Shown here one piece after another: positions 1 to 13,104 of a stretch of DNA of 64,000 nt. A model generated the notes under the pieces. The model did not search any database. It had not been told where the DNA came from and saw nothing but the letters and a program-made list of their open reading frames with translations. Position 1 is the first letter of the stretch, and every line of letters starts with the position of its first letter. The DNA comes from Lama guanicoe (lineage: Eukaryota), in NCBI GenBank assembly GCA_013239625.1, contig MU054323.1, forward strand, positions 14,059,950 through 14,123,949, written 5' to 3'. The position numbers and the translations under genes are program-made.

Positions 1-56
1 CCAAGAAGGCTGATCCCCAGGGCCTGAGGCCAGGTAGGAGACTGTACTTCCTTTCT

Positions 57-122
57 CTCAACTCAACTCAACTCAATCTATATATATATATATATGTAGA
101 GAGAGAGACACAGAGAGAGAGA
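57..122. repeat. Compound microsatellite (CTCAA)4 + (TA)n + (GA)n
   Basis: Directly visible: ctcaa x4 at 57-76, TA run ~79-95, GA run ~99-122. Confidence 0.9.
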
Positions 123-1847
123 TCTACAAGGATATAACATACATGTATATATACATCTTCAGCATCCTAAGGCACTTTCCATTTTCACTTACTCCTCTTT
201 CGAAGTTACATAATCTCTCCTAGAGGTTTTCCATTTTGTGACATCTGCAAATATGATAATGTTTTCTATCTGCTTATTTACTGACCAAATGTTGATTAGC
301 ACTGGCCCTGGGAGTAAGTAAGGAAGGATCAGTTCTCTGGACTGTACATCAGAGCACTGTCCCTGTACTTCTAATTCCTAGCTGCCTTTTGCATAGTAGA
401 TACATAGTAAATATTTCTTGATAACTTTCTTCTTTTTTTCCTCTACAAAATTACTTTAACTTGTACTTACTCCTATTATAAACATTGCATTTTCCTGGAA
501 AATTGCTCATGGTTTGTACATTTACCTGAAAAGCCTTAATTTGTCCACTTCAACACTTTCAGTCTTAAATGATATGATCAGAGAAAGCAATATTGTGAGC
601 TTTCTAAAACATAAATCTCCAATATTAGTGCTCAAAAATTGGTTACTATTTTTAAGCAGAATCTAAAACAGCAATATAGGCAAGTTAACATTTTAGAAAA
701 TTAATCTGATGGTGTTTTTCCCCAGACCTTTGAAAGAATCTAGTGGATACTAGAAAAGTACCTTTAAAATTCTTATAAAAATATTTGTGCATTAGTAATT
801 TGGGAGATCTAACCATTACCAGACACATATAACATATCTGGCAACATGTATTATCTCTGACTCTATTAACAGTTCTATAAAGTCCCTGTTACACAGGAAT
901 GAAAACTAGGAGTTAAAATTTTACTTGACTAAATTATACATATTCTAAGTGGAATTGTCATCATTAAAATATAAATATATTTGACACCACATTGTTTAAT
1001 ATATAAGAAAGTGAAATCAATAAAGTTAACCATAATTGATATGATTTTAGAGAATTGAGCATGTGAAAACAAATGAGAATGCTCTAATTTTTTTTAAATT
1101 GCAGGCACTCGTATTTTTACATGGATTGATGCAAACTGCTGTATTGTCCAAATGTGAAACAAGGACTGAGAGAGAATTGAGGCCTCTTACTCATTTTCTT
1201 TCTGTTCTTTTCTCAAATCACAGGGATTTATTTGAAACATTTCTGAAGACTTTTGGAGTATATTATTTTCCCTTTATTCTGAACAATATCTTTGCTATTT
1301 ATAGCTTACTTTCTATTATTATCTTGCAACACATTCCATGTCTTTTGTAAAATCTCAATGGTGTGACAATTTACTCTTGATGATTGCTTTGTTGGAGACC
1401 TGCCTTATTTTTTTTCACTCTTCATTTTTTCAAGTAAAAATCTGTATGTGTTTTTTTCTTTCTATTTTTGTCAATGCCATTTAGCGTCTTACAAATTCTA
1501 ACTTAACTGTTGTGCCTGTCTGACTGTGAGCAAATGGAATTGAAAAATTCTGGAGTATCAATTCATCTAGGCTTGTTTGTACATCTCTAAGTGTCTGTGT
1601 TTCTGAGCCCCATCAACTGTGGAGCTAAACATTGGGTCATGGTGAATGAAACCAACATGTTTTAGCTGAATTTAGCCCTAGGTTTGCGTAGGTGTGTTAC
1701 TTTGAAAACTTTACATATTTAACTATAGAAAAACCTATTGGCATTAAAAATAGACATATTTGATCATTTGATTAGTTGATGCCCTAAATAGGCAGTCAAA
1801 AGGCTGACAGAACCATCATCAATTTAATTTTTTTACCATACCATTTT

Positions 1848-2843
1848 ATTTTATTGAGGTATAGTTGATTTACAATGTTGTGTCAGTTTCTGGTATACAG
1901 CATAGTGATTCAGTTATAAGTAGATATTTCTTTCTCATTATAAGTTGTTACAAGCTATTGGATATAGTCTTCTGTGTTATAGTAGGACCTTGTTGCTTAT
2001 CTATTTTGTATATAGTAGTTTGTATCTGCTAATCTGAATTTATCCTTCCCCTCTACTTCTCCCTTTGGTAACCAGAAGTTTGTTTTCTATGTCTATGAGT
2101 CTGTTTCTGGTTTTTAAATAAGTACATTTGTGTCAGTTTGTAGATTCCACATGTAAGTGATATCATATGATATTTGTCTTTCTCTGTCTGACTTACTTCA
2201 CTTAGTATGATAATCTCCAGGTCCATCCATGTTGCTACAAATGGCATTATTCCATTCTTTTTAATGGCTGAGTAGTATTCCATTGTATACCTCAACTTTT
2301 TAATCCAGTCATCTGTTGAAGAACATTTAGATTGCTTTCCATGTCTTGGATATTGTAAATAGTGCTGCTATGAACATTGGGGTGCATCTATCTTTTTGAG
2401 TTATACCTTTTTCCAGATATATGCCCAGGAGTGGGATTGCTGGATCATATTGTAACTCTATTGTTAGTTTTTTAAAGGAATCTCCATACTGTGTTCCATA
2501 GTGGCTGCACAATTTACATACACACCAATAGTGTAGGAGGGTTCCCTTTTCTCCACACTCTCTCCAGGATTTATTATTTGTAGACTTTTTGATGATGACC
2601 ACTTCATTAGAGTGAAGTGATACCTCACTGTAGCTTTTATTTGCATTTTTCTAACAATTAGTGATATTGAGTCTCTTTTCATGTGCCTATTGGCTATCTG
2701 TATGGCTTCATTGGAGAAATGATTGTTTAGGTCTTCTGCCCATTTTTTGACTGGGTTGTTATTTATTTATTTATTTTTAATTGAGTTGTATGAGCTGTTT
2801 GTAAACTCTGTCAGTTAAGCCCTTGTCAATAGCATCGTTTGCA
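1848..2843 (-). mobile_element. 5'-truncated LINE-1 (ORF2 C-terminus + 3'UTR), cetartiodactyl-type
   Basis: Minus-strand ORFs give L1 ORF2 C-terminal peptides (YDPAIPLLGIY, CTPMFIAALFTI, MEYYSAIKKN..ATWMDLEIIILSEVSQTEKDKYHMISL); T-rich tail at left; 8-bp TSD accatttt at 1840-1847 and 2843-2850. Confidence 0.95.
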
Positions 2844-5119
2844 CCATTTTTTATGTTTAATATTCTCTTCCTTCCAATTCTTGATGTTAAAATTTCAATG
2901 TTAGTTAAAAAAAGCCAAATATGAAAGGGCTCCATTTGTCTAGTTAATATGAATTCTGTTAGGACTCAAGACATCTCTGTTCCCTAGTGTACTTCCCTGA
3001 CACTTAGATACTGTACGCAAGCCAGCTAACTATACACACACAGGTGTCAGAGTTATCACCTGAGCTACATTTCAGATAGAATTACTACTTTCTTACTTAC
3101 AAAGGAAGGTAAGCTATAAATTCGTGCCTCGAAAGTTATGGTAACAGGGTGGTGACAATTTAATAGTAATGATAACCATGTATTAAGCTATAGGGATAGG
3201 TGCAGATGATTGTCACAGATTCACTCTGCAGATCCCACTGAGACTTTTCAACATGACTGTTACCTCTTCATTCTAAATTATTACTGAGCTCCTCTCCTCC
3301 TCCCTCTTCTCATCCATTTTATATCTTATTTACTCCTTGTTTCTCAGATTTTTGAAGCATTTCTCAGACCTTCTTTGCTGCATCATCATCATCATTATTA
3401 CAGATATCCAGACGAGAATATCTTCCTGTCTGGCCCAACTTTCAGAAACGCAGGATATGTATTAGGAGAAAGGGAGCCAGCCCTTTGGGTGAATTACTAT
3501 CAAACCCTTTAACATCTTTGGCTGAACGGAATCTCTAATTTTGCCCAGGGAAATAAATTAGCTTTTAGAACACTGACTCACTGGCTTATATGGGGGAGAT
3601 ATAAAGGAGCTTCTTATTTAAAATATTACATTTCACATATTTTAAGCAAAATAATGAATGCCCAACTACATTATGTATTCATCTTTTCAGAATTTTAGAC
3701 TTATTGGAAATAAAGCTGACGAACATGAATTGACCCTGTATTCACAGGTCTTCTCTGACCCTGTATTCCAGAGCTTTGATAATTTTAACATTTCAAATGA
3801 AAGGCTTTGAAATTACATGTTGTTTTGTGCATTTAGAACAGCTCGTTGTCATCTCCTCTAGCACTAAGTTGCTTTCCATAATAACTTATCAGTCCTCATT
3901 AGGACTGTGGGAAGGGACAGTGCAGTATTGGTTGAAAGAATTGACAGAAAGAAAAGTCAGAAGCCCTGGAATAATCTTGTAATTGCAAGTATTACCTGTA
4001 GTTTAAAACATATTAATAGGGCAGCTGAAGCTAAAAGATCATCCACAGTGTGAGTTTGAGGACATTGCTTTTGTGGGAAGGCTCCCGCCTGAGAATATTT
4101 AACTAGTAGATTGTACAGTGGGTGATAGTTCTTCGGGTGCTAGGCAAGTGTCAGGAGACCCCTCCCCCCAAATAAGGTATAAATGTGGAGCTGAGGAACA
4201 TTTTTGTCCCATCAGGTAGAAAGTTCTTGGGGACCATCCCTCCCTCCTTGCCATATAATGCTGGCCAAAGGTCTTAGGATCTTCCAGATGTATTAAGCTT
4301 CTCTAATATGTGGCTGTTTTCTTAAAATTTAGCAATACCATCATTTTTGTGAAACCTGCCTAAGTAATTCTTCTCATGACTAGAGACTGGAGAAAAGTGT
4401 GGGAAGGAAGAGAAATATTTAAATTGCTACATTAGAGAATCTGTTTTCCGTACTGGTGAATACATGCTGGATGCTGACCCTGAGGCTTCACAGAGCCATC
4501 CCTACATGTAGAACCTGATGTGGCTTCTTGTAGTTACAATCATGCTAACCAGGGCATGGGGCTCTCAGCAGGGCTCTGAAATAGAAAATGTCTTTTGAAG
4601 ACAGGTAAGGAAGTCCAGGAAATCTGATGGTGCAAAGGTGACTGGGGTTTTTGTCTGCCAGGGGAAATAGTCTACTTCAGCAAAACCATCTTCCTTATAG
4701 TTATATATGTCTAGGAAAAGACAACTATTTTCAAAAAAGTGTTAGAAAGGCAGTAATTTCCCAGTGTAAGCCTACATTTTTTACCCATTGCACACTGATT
4801 CTGCTTTCTGTTACTTCTAGGATGTTTGTATTTTGACCTAGCTGATGCTGAAAGTTTCATGCATTTATCCCTTTACCTCATCACGACTACAATTCTTTTT
4901 TTTTGGTCTTCTTGTTTAGTGGCATTTTGTTTTAGGAAAAGGGGGTTAGATTTACAGCTTGGGGAATGAACGATGTCTCTTTTGAAAAACAATAAAGATT
5001 GTATAGATAGAGCGTTCGTGTAACTGCAGGCAAAGAGCTATTTCTGCTCCTATGGGCTCATCAGCGTGCAGATTCCTACCAGCACTTGCTGACATTTTTG
5101 ATAACAATATGAGCAGCCA

Positions 5120-5830
5120 AGAAAGCAACTGAAGACCTGGTGGCTAAGTGGGGAAAATTCATGATAGAAAAAGGAAGTGTAATTCTTCTTTCTGTTATAA
5201 TGGAATCAGAGCACTGGAGCAGAGACATCCAAATTATCAGTGTCCGACTGAACAGTGCTTTGGACTGTCTTCAGTAAAATTTGTTTTTTGTGGCTGATTC
5301 ATTTATATAACTCAGAAAATAAAAAGATGATCCTATCTGCAGCACAATTTTAGAACGTTTTGGAAGATATAATGTATAAAACATAGAACTCTGCCCTGGA
5401 TAATAATGGTTAAATTATTACGCAAGGGAAATGTGGAGTTACTGGTGCAGAAAATAAGTGCTGTAAGTATTCAGAGTCAGAAAAGTCAACATGGGGACAG
5501 GTGGACAGTAAATCTTCATGGGAATAGATACAACTTGACCTTAACATTGAGTAATGAGTGGACTTTTTTGGTAAGCATAGAGAGGAAAAACTGGTATCAA
5601 GAAGCACTAAAGGTGTGACTAACAAGAGGTTGGAATAGAGTCTGTTCCCAGGTGGCAAAGAGATTATCAACACTTGGTAGAAGGCTTGGAATCCAGCTGT
5701 GGAGACTCAATAGCTGAGTAAGTCAACCTCTGCTTTGGGGATTGGATAATAGTTAAGCAGTAACTTTTAAAGGGATTGCTCTTTCTAGTTCCTCTGGACT
5801 ATGAGAGACAGAGAATTTCTTTGACTACAA
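5120..5830 (+). mobile_element. Possible highly decayed CR1/L3 ORF1-ORF2 junction fragment
   Basis: Peptide ELLVQ...HGDRWTVNLHGNRYNL resembles the CR1 endonuclease start (EILVQ...HDWNVAMEGYNL); the upstream frame loosely resembles the CR1 ORF1 esterase region. Eyeball similarity only. Confidence 0.3.
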
Positions 5831-6091
5831 GTTAAGTAAGAAAGAGGTGTTTAAGAAGGAAAATCTTGAAAGCCAATTTTGGAAGGAATGAGTTGGCTTT
5901 GTTGGCTTGCCTTAGGATACTCTGAAGGTAGAATTTCTTTCTTCTTAAACTGTTCACACCTGGAAATGTCCTCTGTGTAAGATTGGGTGAGAAGGTCTGG
6001 AAATCATTTAAAAAATAGAGATAGATAATAAAGATCCTATTGCTGTGTCGAGTAGTCTTCCAGGTGCCTTATTATAATTTAGATCTTGACA

Positions 6092-6217
6092 GCAACTTTA
6101 GGAGGTAGCTGTTATTATGCTCATTTCAGAAATGAAAAATTTCAGCTTCATAGAGGTTATTTGGCTTGTTTGACATCCCACAAATACAGGATGACAGAGC
6201 TGGAGTTTAACTTCAGG
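6092..6217 (-). mobile_element. MIR SINE fragment
   Basis: Reverse MIR core: attatgctcatttcagaaatgaaaaa...agaggtt...gacagagctggagtttaacttcagg. Confidence 0.7.
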
Positions 6218-6489
6218 AGCCTCTGCCTTTTCATTCACTCTCTTTCCACTAATATCTGTCACATTATGTGGGTAAAGAGTACAAAACAGCAGTGCCAATG
6301 ATCTAGAAATTTACACAGTTTTTCTAAAAGATAATCATCACACACAGGAAATTAAATCAGAAACAGATATGAGATAGGACATAATTTAGTGCTTTTCAAC
6401 AAGTAATAGTTATAGTTAGATTAGGTTTGTGCTTGTTTCTCACTCATTCCATCAACAAACACTACTATTATCCTAGCTCTGCATATTTG

Positions 6490-6670
6490 TATAGTTTACA
6501 AGGTACTTTAAAAATGTTTTAAAGAATCCTCACAAAAACTCATAGTAAATAGCTGATATGGGCATTATTTCTAATTTTTGGAAAGAAAACCTGAGATTCA
6601 AGAGGTGCTAAATGGTAGAGCTAGCAGCTAAATCCAGTTTTTGTTTCTGATTCTAATGGCATACTTGTTT
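6490..6670 (-). mobile_element. MIR SINE fragment
   Basis: aatcctcacaaaaact...gaaaacctgagattcaagagg...ggtagagctag. Confidence 0.55.
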
Positions 6671-7826
6671 CCTACTAAGTGTCTCAAATGCCAGCACTAT
6701 GTCATCCATGCTGGCTTTTGAAAAGATGACTAAATATGGTCTGTTCTCCTTCCCTTGCATCTGTCCATTATAACTACTGCAGCTTGAAATACTTTTCTGA
6801 ACTTTATTGGAAATATTTCTTTACTTACAGTCATTTCCTTTATCATTTTCTAATCCAGAGTAGTTTACATTTCCCAATTAGCTGTCTTGGAATTGTTCTC
6901 AAGTTATGTTTCTAATTTCATCTAATTTTTCAGTTACTACTTTTAAGATTTTTCAAAAAATATAAAACCACCACCCCTCACATCAAATGGATAAAAGAAT
7001 GTGAACAGCTGTGATTATTGTGTATTATTAGGACTAGGAATCTGGTGTCAATGCAAGAAGCATGTATATGTCTTTATTTTTGCTCAAGTTCAGTCAGGGT
7101 TAATTATTCATTTAATAATTTCATGTCATTGAAAGAGCAGAAAAACAACATTGAGAAAAATCCTGGTTTCTTAAATTACACTGATCTTTCCTTATAGATA
7201 GATATGGCCTCCTTTAAAACTAAATGAGGTTACATATTGGACTTACAAGCTTCTCACAGATTTGACCTCACTTTGGGCATCTAGGACCCTTCAAAATCAT
7301 TTGGAGGCTCCTGCTGCTTTTTCCAAAGTCTTTGCACTCTGACAGCCCAGCCACACTTAGCTTTGCCATATAGAGCCATGGGAGAAAGTCAAGGTCACAC
7401 CATGTGGCATTTCTCACACCAGAAGGCAAAGTTATAGTAGGAAAGAGGTGATAGCCCCTCTCTGATAGAGAGAAGGAGCATGCATTTCATATTCACACTA
7501 CTGTAATTCGAGATTGGGCCTGCAGGGCCCCCTGTTGCCACATTCTTCACTGTTAATCTGTTGTCAGGGGAAAAGTCTGCTGAAAAAACCTGAAGTATTC
7601 TCCTATCACAAGATAAGCAGAGGAGATACAAGGTAATACTGAGAGGTATTACCACTGGAAGAAAAATAGAAAATGCAGTGGAATCATCCTCAGTGTTAAG
7701 TACATTTTAAATGTGTTCACCAGTCTGGAACAGTTCTCACACACTAATAATGAAATAAGAAGAAATTTCTTCAATGAGAAAGCTATGTTCTAACTCTGAG
7801 ATTAAATCGAAATAATTGAAAACAAG

Positions 7827-8369
7827 TGTAGGGGAACGAAATTTCCCACCCCAAAATGTGTCTCTTTGGCCTAAGGATTATTTTAGGCTGATTATTTTTA
7901 AGAAACAGAAGATCCAGGAAATTTTTCTTGTTTCATTCCCCCCAACTGCCTAAAATAATTTATATAAAGGACCCGTTTTAAGAAGAAGCTATCAGATAGA
8001 CAGTTTGATCTAGGTGCGGTAGACAGGAAAGAACCTAATAAACTGTTAAAATTTCTCTCTCGCCTGTAGTCTTTGCAAACATTTATTTACCAAACATTTG
8101 CTTTCTATCTTCATGCGAATTGTATCCTCCCCTTTGAAGTCCCAAACCACCACCTGCAACATCCTCTTTTGTCTTTAGCTAAAGATGGTATTTAAGTGGA
8201 GGTCTTTGGCCATTTTGGCCAGTTACTCAGTTTTCCAGGGTCTCTCCCATGTATGCATGTTATTAAACTTTGTTTGATTTTCTCCTGTTAATCTGTCTCA
8301 TGTCAACTTAATTCTTAGACCAACCAGAAGAACTTAGAAAAGTAGAGGAAAATTTCTTCTTCCCCAACA
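7827..8369 (+). mobile_element. Solo LTR, ERV1 MER34-like group
   Basis: TG...CA ends (tgtaggggaa / ttccccaaca), 4-bp TSD caag at 7823-7826 and 8370-8373, TATA-like tatttaag, attaaa polyA signal, MER34-like 5' motif ccccaaaatgtgtctctttggc. Confidence 0.9.
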
Positions 8370-8878
8370 CAAGGTAGCAATGGAAAAATATCTGTAGCTC
8401 TGTGATACCACAGGGTTCCATGTAATTGAAAAGAAAAAATGCAAACACAAAAAGGATATCTGAATGAACATCAAAGAAATCAATAGGCAGAATCACCTCC
8501 TGTAAGTATAATGTCAAGGAAGTGCTATTGGAAAAAAAGAAAATTTTGTGATACCTTCTCACAGGGGAATATGCAGATGCCAAAGCAAGCATTTTTAAGA
8601 CTAGAGGAAACTACACTGGAATTTAAAACAAAAAATAATAATCCAGCTGACAAAGACCTATGAAAGGTGTTTATGTGTTCTGAAATGAAATCAATGAAAA
8701 AAATGAACATATTACATTTAATACACAGCATATTTTTTATGCTATCCTTGTTCGAACACAGTATTTTTGTCATTCCAAATGGTTAAGGATGCATTGTAGT
8801 ATATTTTTGTGGGATGAGTATAGAGAATGACAACTCAATACTCTGCATCTCTTTTGAAAGGCTTAGAGAATATACTTG

Positions 8879-9397
8879 GGTAGGAGAGGAAAATAACTTT
8901 CCCTCTACCCTTCTAGGTTCTTGGCTGAGACACCCCTGTAATAAAAAGACAGATTAACAGGAAAAAAAACAGACATTTAGTAACATGTATACTTCTGTAA
9001 ATGAGAGAGATACTCAAGAAATGAATAACTCTCTGAAATGGCCCCAGGCACCACCTTAAATGCCACCTCACGGTAAAGACACTAGAAGATGTTGGTGGGT
9101 AGGGAAGCCAGTTATGGGAGGTTATAAAGGAAAGCATAGGAAAATAAGAGTATGGCTGTATGCAGATTTAGGTCATTTCCTTCTCTAGTGATAAGAGTTT
9201 CTAGAGATTTGGCCATCCTTCTCTTCCTGACACAAAAAGGAAGACACCCTAACAAAGAGACATTTCCCTTATAAATGTAAATGTTTCTTAGAAAAGGGTA
9301 ACTTTCCTGTGTCTGATGTTTCTTAAAAAATAATCAGTCTGAAATAATCCTTATGCTGAAGAGATATACGTTAGGGTGACAAATTCTGCTCCTTTCA
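8879..9397 (-). mobile_element. Solo LTR, ERV1 MER34-like group (different subfamily)
   Basis: Reverse complement shares 5' (aggattatttcagactgattattttttaagaaac) and 3' (cctgttaatctgtct...agaacctagaagggtagagg) motifs with the 7827 LTR; 4-bp TSD cttg at 8875-8878 and 9398-9401. Confidence 0.88.
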
Positions 9398-10412
9398 CTT
9401 GTATGCTGCAAGACAAGAACAACAAGTGCACTTGGCAGGTTTTATGAATGTACTCTTTCTTTAACTTGGCTTAAACATGTATTTTAAAAGAATGGGGTTC
9501 AAAACCTGGCTGATAGTCAGCGGCAGGCTGAATAGGGTATTGATAGCCAACATCCTTTATCACTGGTCAATATCTAGACAGAATCAGTTAAATATTTAGA
9601 CTGTTACCCTGAAGTCAGGCATCTAGTGGGCTTACACCTTTTCATTTGATATAATATGAACTATTGCAACATGTTTTGGTCAGAAATCAGAAGGCCAGCA
9701 CATTCTATTTTCACAAGGTGTATTGTTTACTTCAGATAGAAAGATAAAAGGTATTTGCTGAGAGTTCTATATCCTTTTCTTAAAGAAAAGAAGAGTAAAA
9801 CATTTATTTCTGAATGCTGAATGAGAATATGAATATAATTGTGATGTTTTCATTGCTTACTATTTTAAATTACCTAGATAAGTATTTTTCTTAGCTTAAA
9901 TATGCTGTCTTGTAATACTAATAACATTATTTTAAATGTTTAAAATTACAATTATGTATATTGCTTCTTTCATTCAAAAATTTTCTGAAACAAAAACCAT
10001 ACTACATCCTGTATGGTGAAAATATATTCATGATTTGTGCAGAAAATAAAATCAATAAAGTAAAAAAATTACCCCTTCCCAGACATAATAATTGCAAGAA
10101 CCTGGCAATATTAAAACACTGTATGTTGGGCAAGGGCTTTGAATTATTTCTCCAGGAGTGATGACAGTTCTTTGCTTCTTACTTACTATGGATTCTTTGA
10201 GTCTCTGATGCTATTGCAGGCAGTGAGATTCCAGAGATGAAATCCAGTTCCTCTGGGTTTATGCATTTGCACCTGGATCTTTTTTGTGTTTAAGAGCCTA
10301 TCCCTATCCTTTCATTACATGGCCCTGATCTTTTTATGCACCAGGGCTGACCAGAGTCCAAAGTGTGTTTTAGAACTGTGCAATTGGGTAATATTAATCA
10401 TAATGACATGGG

Positions 10413-10537
10413 CAAACATTTATTGAATGCTTACTATGTGCCAGACTCATTCTAAATTTTTATATTACTGAATCTTCACAAAATACCCATGACAATGTTT
10501 TGTTACTGCCTCCATTTTGCATATGAGGAACATGAGG
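10413..10537 (-). mobile_element. MIR SINE fragment
   Basis: aacatttattgaatgcttactatgtgccag...aatcttcacaa...ccattttgcatatgaggaacatgagg. Confidence 0.8.
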
Positions 10538-11584
10538 GAGGGTCAAAAGTCAAGAAAGTATAACTTGTTAATGGAGACCTGGTGGAAGAATGTGTTTTGA
10601 CTTTGATACGTTTTGACATAACTTTTAACCTAGTAATCTGACCAGTCTGGGACCTTTTAATATTAGTAAAGTATCATCCATGAATATTGTTCCTACCAAA
10701 GTGGACTGAAATCTCTTGAGGAGTATTTCTGTTGAACTGTCTCAAGAGATTAATTCAGTTGGGTGAACAGGGAATCCTTCATATGTTTATTGACAAAGTT
10801 GCAGGTCTCATTCTTGGTGATTAGGTTATGGCTCTCTGGCCCTTTCTGAGTCGCTTCTGATTCAGAGCTAGGTCTGGCAGTGAAAGATTTCCAGTCTCTC
10901 ATCCAGGTTTCCCAACAGGCTTTGCCTTTGGAGATGGTGCTTTCACCTTGAGAAGCTGTACTGACCTTTTGTTGTTACAGTACTCTTTGGTACCTGCTCT
11001 CTCTGAATCCTTCCTACAACCTAGAGCTTCTTACTTCCTGGACATTTCTGCCCTACTCTTATCTATTTGTTTTCCCTTTCTTGCAATTAATTTTTTTCTT
11101 CCTCAGCTCCATCCTTCTGGAAGAGTTTATATGAGCTATTTGCTGTTACTTCTGAGACTCTCCAATATTTACACCAACACAGCCTTTTCAACTTTTTAAT
11201 GACTCACTAGGTATTTTTTGCACTCACTCACAACTTGGAGGCTGTAGGGCCATCTTCCCTTTCAGCTAGTTGTTCTCAGACTGAGTTTCCACATATGATA
11301 GCATCCTCTCCCTTTGGAGGGATACTTTGCCTGCTTTGGGTTTCATATTTGATTCTATATCATTTTCTGCTGCTTTTGCCACACAACTGCTGTTTCTTTT
11401 TGGCCCTGCTCTTGCGGGAAGGAGGGGAGGGAAGGGATGGGGAGGGTTTAGCCACACCCACCCATAATTTAGAATTCTTGAGATTCCTCATCACTCAGTT
11501 TGTTAACATTATCCGTGTTTCTCTCAGCTCCATTGTCCCTCTTCCTTAATTTCATCTGAAGACAGGTCCTATGCTTTTCTTTCT

Positions 11585-12530
11585 TTCTTAATGGAACTCA
11601 TACTCTTGTTTCATTAATGCTATTTCTATTGTTACCTCTCTGAGGGTATTAGTATAATTTTTTCCTTTTTTTTCCCTCTACATATTCTCCTTTTGTTCAA
11701 TTTGCTTATTGCTTTTATTTGATTTATTCTCTATTTGTCACATGGGAAACTTTCTTCAGATGGTTTGAACCTGGCAAACCTATGTTTATTTATTCAGATT
11801 TGAGGGCAGGCACTATGAAAAAAGTTGGAATCTTTGAGTGTATGTGTGTGAGTTTATCCACTCTAAGCTTTGTTGTAGGGTGATTTGCCAGGTCTGTTTC
11901 TTTGAGGAGCCTCTGATGTCATCAATTTTACGTTACCTGCCTAGAACTGGTCACATTTCCCGGAGAAGGAAGGACCTTTCAGTTTCTTGTCTGGATAGAA
12001 TAAATCTAGCTGCCTTATCTCGAAGCTGAGTGAAGAAATAGCATTGGATTTGGGATTCAGTATTCAATATGTGTATGTTCTCTTATCGCCTTATTGCTGG
12101 TATGGTCTCCCTACCTTCAACTTGTTTTCCAACCCCAAGATTCTCTATATTCATCTCTGCAAAGAAATAACCTCTACTCTTGTAACGTGATAGGGGAGAG
12201 GGTATTTTGTAGAGGAGGAAAACTAAATAACTACATCTTGAAGAGTCTATTTTCAGACCCACTTTTATTCCCTCTGAAAACTACCTTTTGTTCCCAGTTC
12301 TTTGTGGGGAATCAGCATTGTACATCAGATTATATCTGTGCTTTTCTGACTGCTAAGTCAATTTTAGATTCTGTTTTTCAAGTTCCAAATTTTTTTTGCT
12401 TTAGTCTTTTCTATTTTTTTGCTTTTTGTTGTGGGTTTATGATGTTTCAAAAATCTTTTACTTTTGTTTTAATGAAGTTTTTGAAGGGAAGCAAAAGTAA
12501 ATCTATGCATTCAGTACTGTGCCATTAACC
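11585..12530 (-). mobile_element. HAL1 (half-L1) 5' region
   Basis: Collinear with the recalled HAL1 consensus (ctctctgagggtatta; gtagggtgat; ctggtcacatttcccggagaag; terminal gaagggaagcaaaagtaaatctatgcattcagt...ccattaacc). Confidence 0.7.
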
Positions 12531-12795
12531 AAATGGACTTGAAAGCAGTGCTTTGATACCCAAGAATATGAAAAATCTATACATATCTGGGTCATATAAC
12601 TTTTTTCTTTCTTGAGGACAGAGATTCTATATCTTTGAAATGTTTATTATTCTTGCTTCTATATCATAATTGTCACAAAAATTGGGAGTTTTCTTATGTT
12701 GCAAGTCCCTCTGTAGGTAAATTATCTGTTTTCCTACAGGAGAGATGTTATCCTTTAGTATATCAGTAATCTAATATATAGAAAAATGCCCATCA

Positions 12796-12879
12796 TAATC
12801 TTCTGAAAAATTAATACCTTATATTTAATCTTCTGAAAAATTACTACCTTACATTAAAACTGTAAAATTAATACCTTAC
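12796..12879. repeat. 30-bp tandem repeat, ~2.8 copies
   Basis: taatcttctgaaaaattaataccttatatt / taatcttctgaaaaattactaccttacatt / aaaactgtaaaattaataccttac. Confidence 0.9.
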
Positions 12880-13104
12880 CATCTTTTTTCCCATACCATT
12901 AAATCCTGAACCATTAATCTTAGATATTAATCACAAATGCATAAGATTAAGTTTTAATAGGAACAAATGAATGTTTCCACTTTGAAAAATATTGCTCACC
13001 CCTTTCCTTTCAACCAAAGTTTCCTTTATTGGATTTGTTTTCCTAATTATTATAGGAAGTCTACTTTAAAAAAAAATTGACTATCAATTACTTTTAGTTT
13101 ATTT

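Noticed and set aside
3349..3513. Open frame after an acceptor, IFEAFLRPSLLHHHHHYYRYPDEN...
   Set aside because: The poly-His comes from a (CAT)n microsatellite; no good donor and no recognised homology.
3691..3810. LIGNKAD peptide resembling the small-GTPase NKxD motif
   Set aside because: Isolated 7-aa match with no other G-box motifs; the downstream sequence is a short local duplication (tgaccctgtattc x2).
7395..7656. 86-aa minus-strand ORF starting right after a good acceptor (ttttctatttttcttccAG)
   Set aside because: No recognisable protein similarity and no partner exons; length is compatible with chance.
12094..12528. Longest ORF in the track (144 aa)
   Set aside because: Lies antisense within the HAL1 relic; F/L/S-rich composition reflects T-rich DNA; no recognisable domain.
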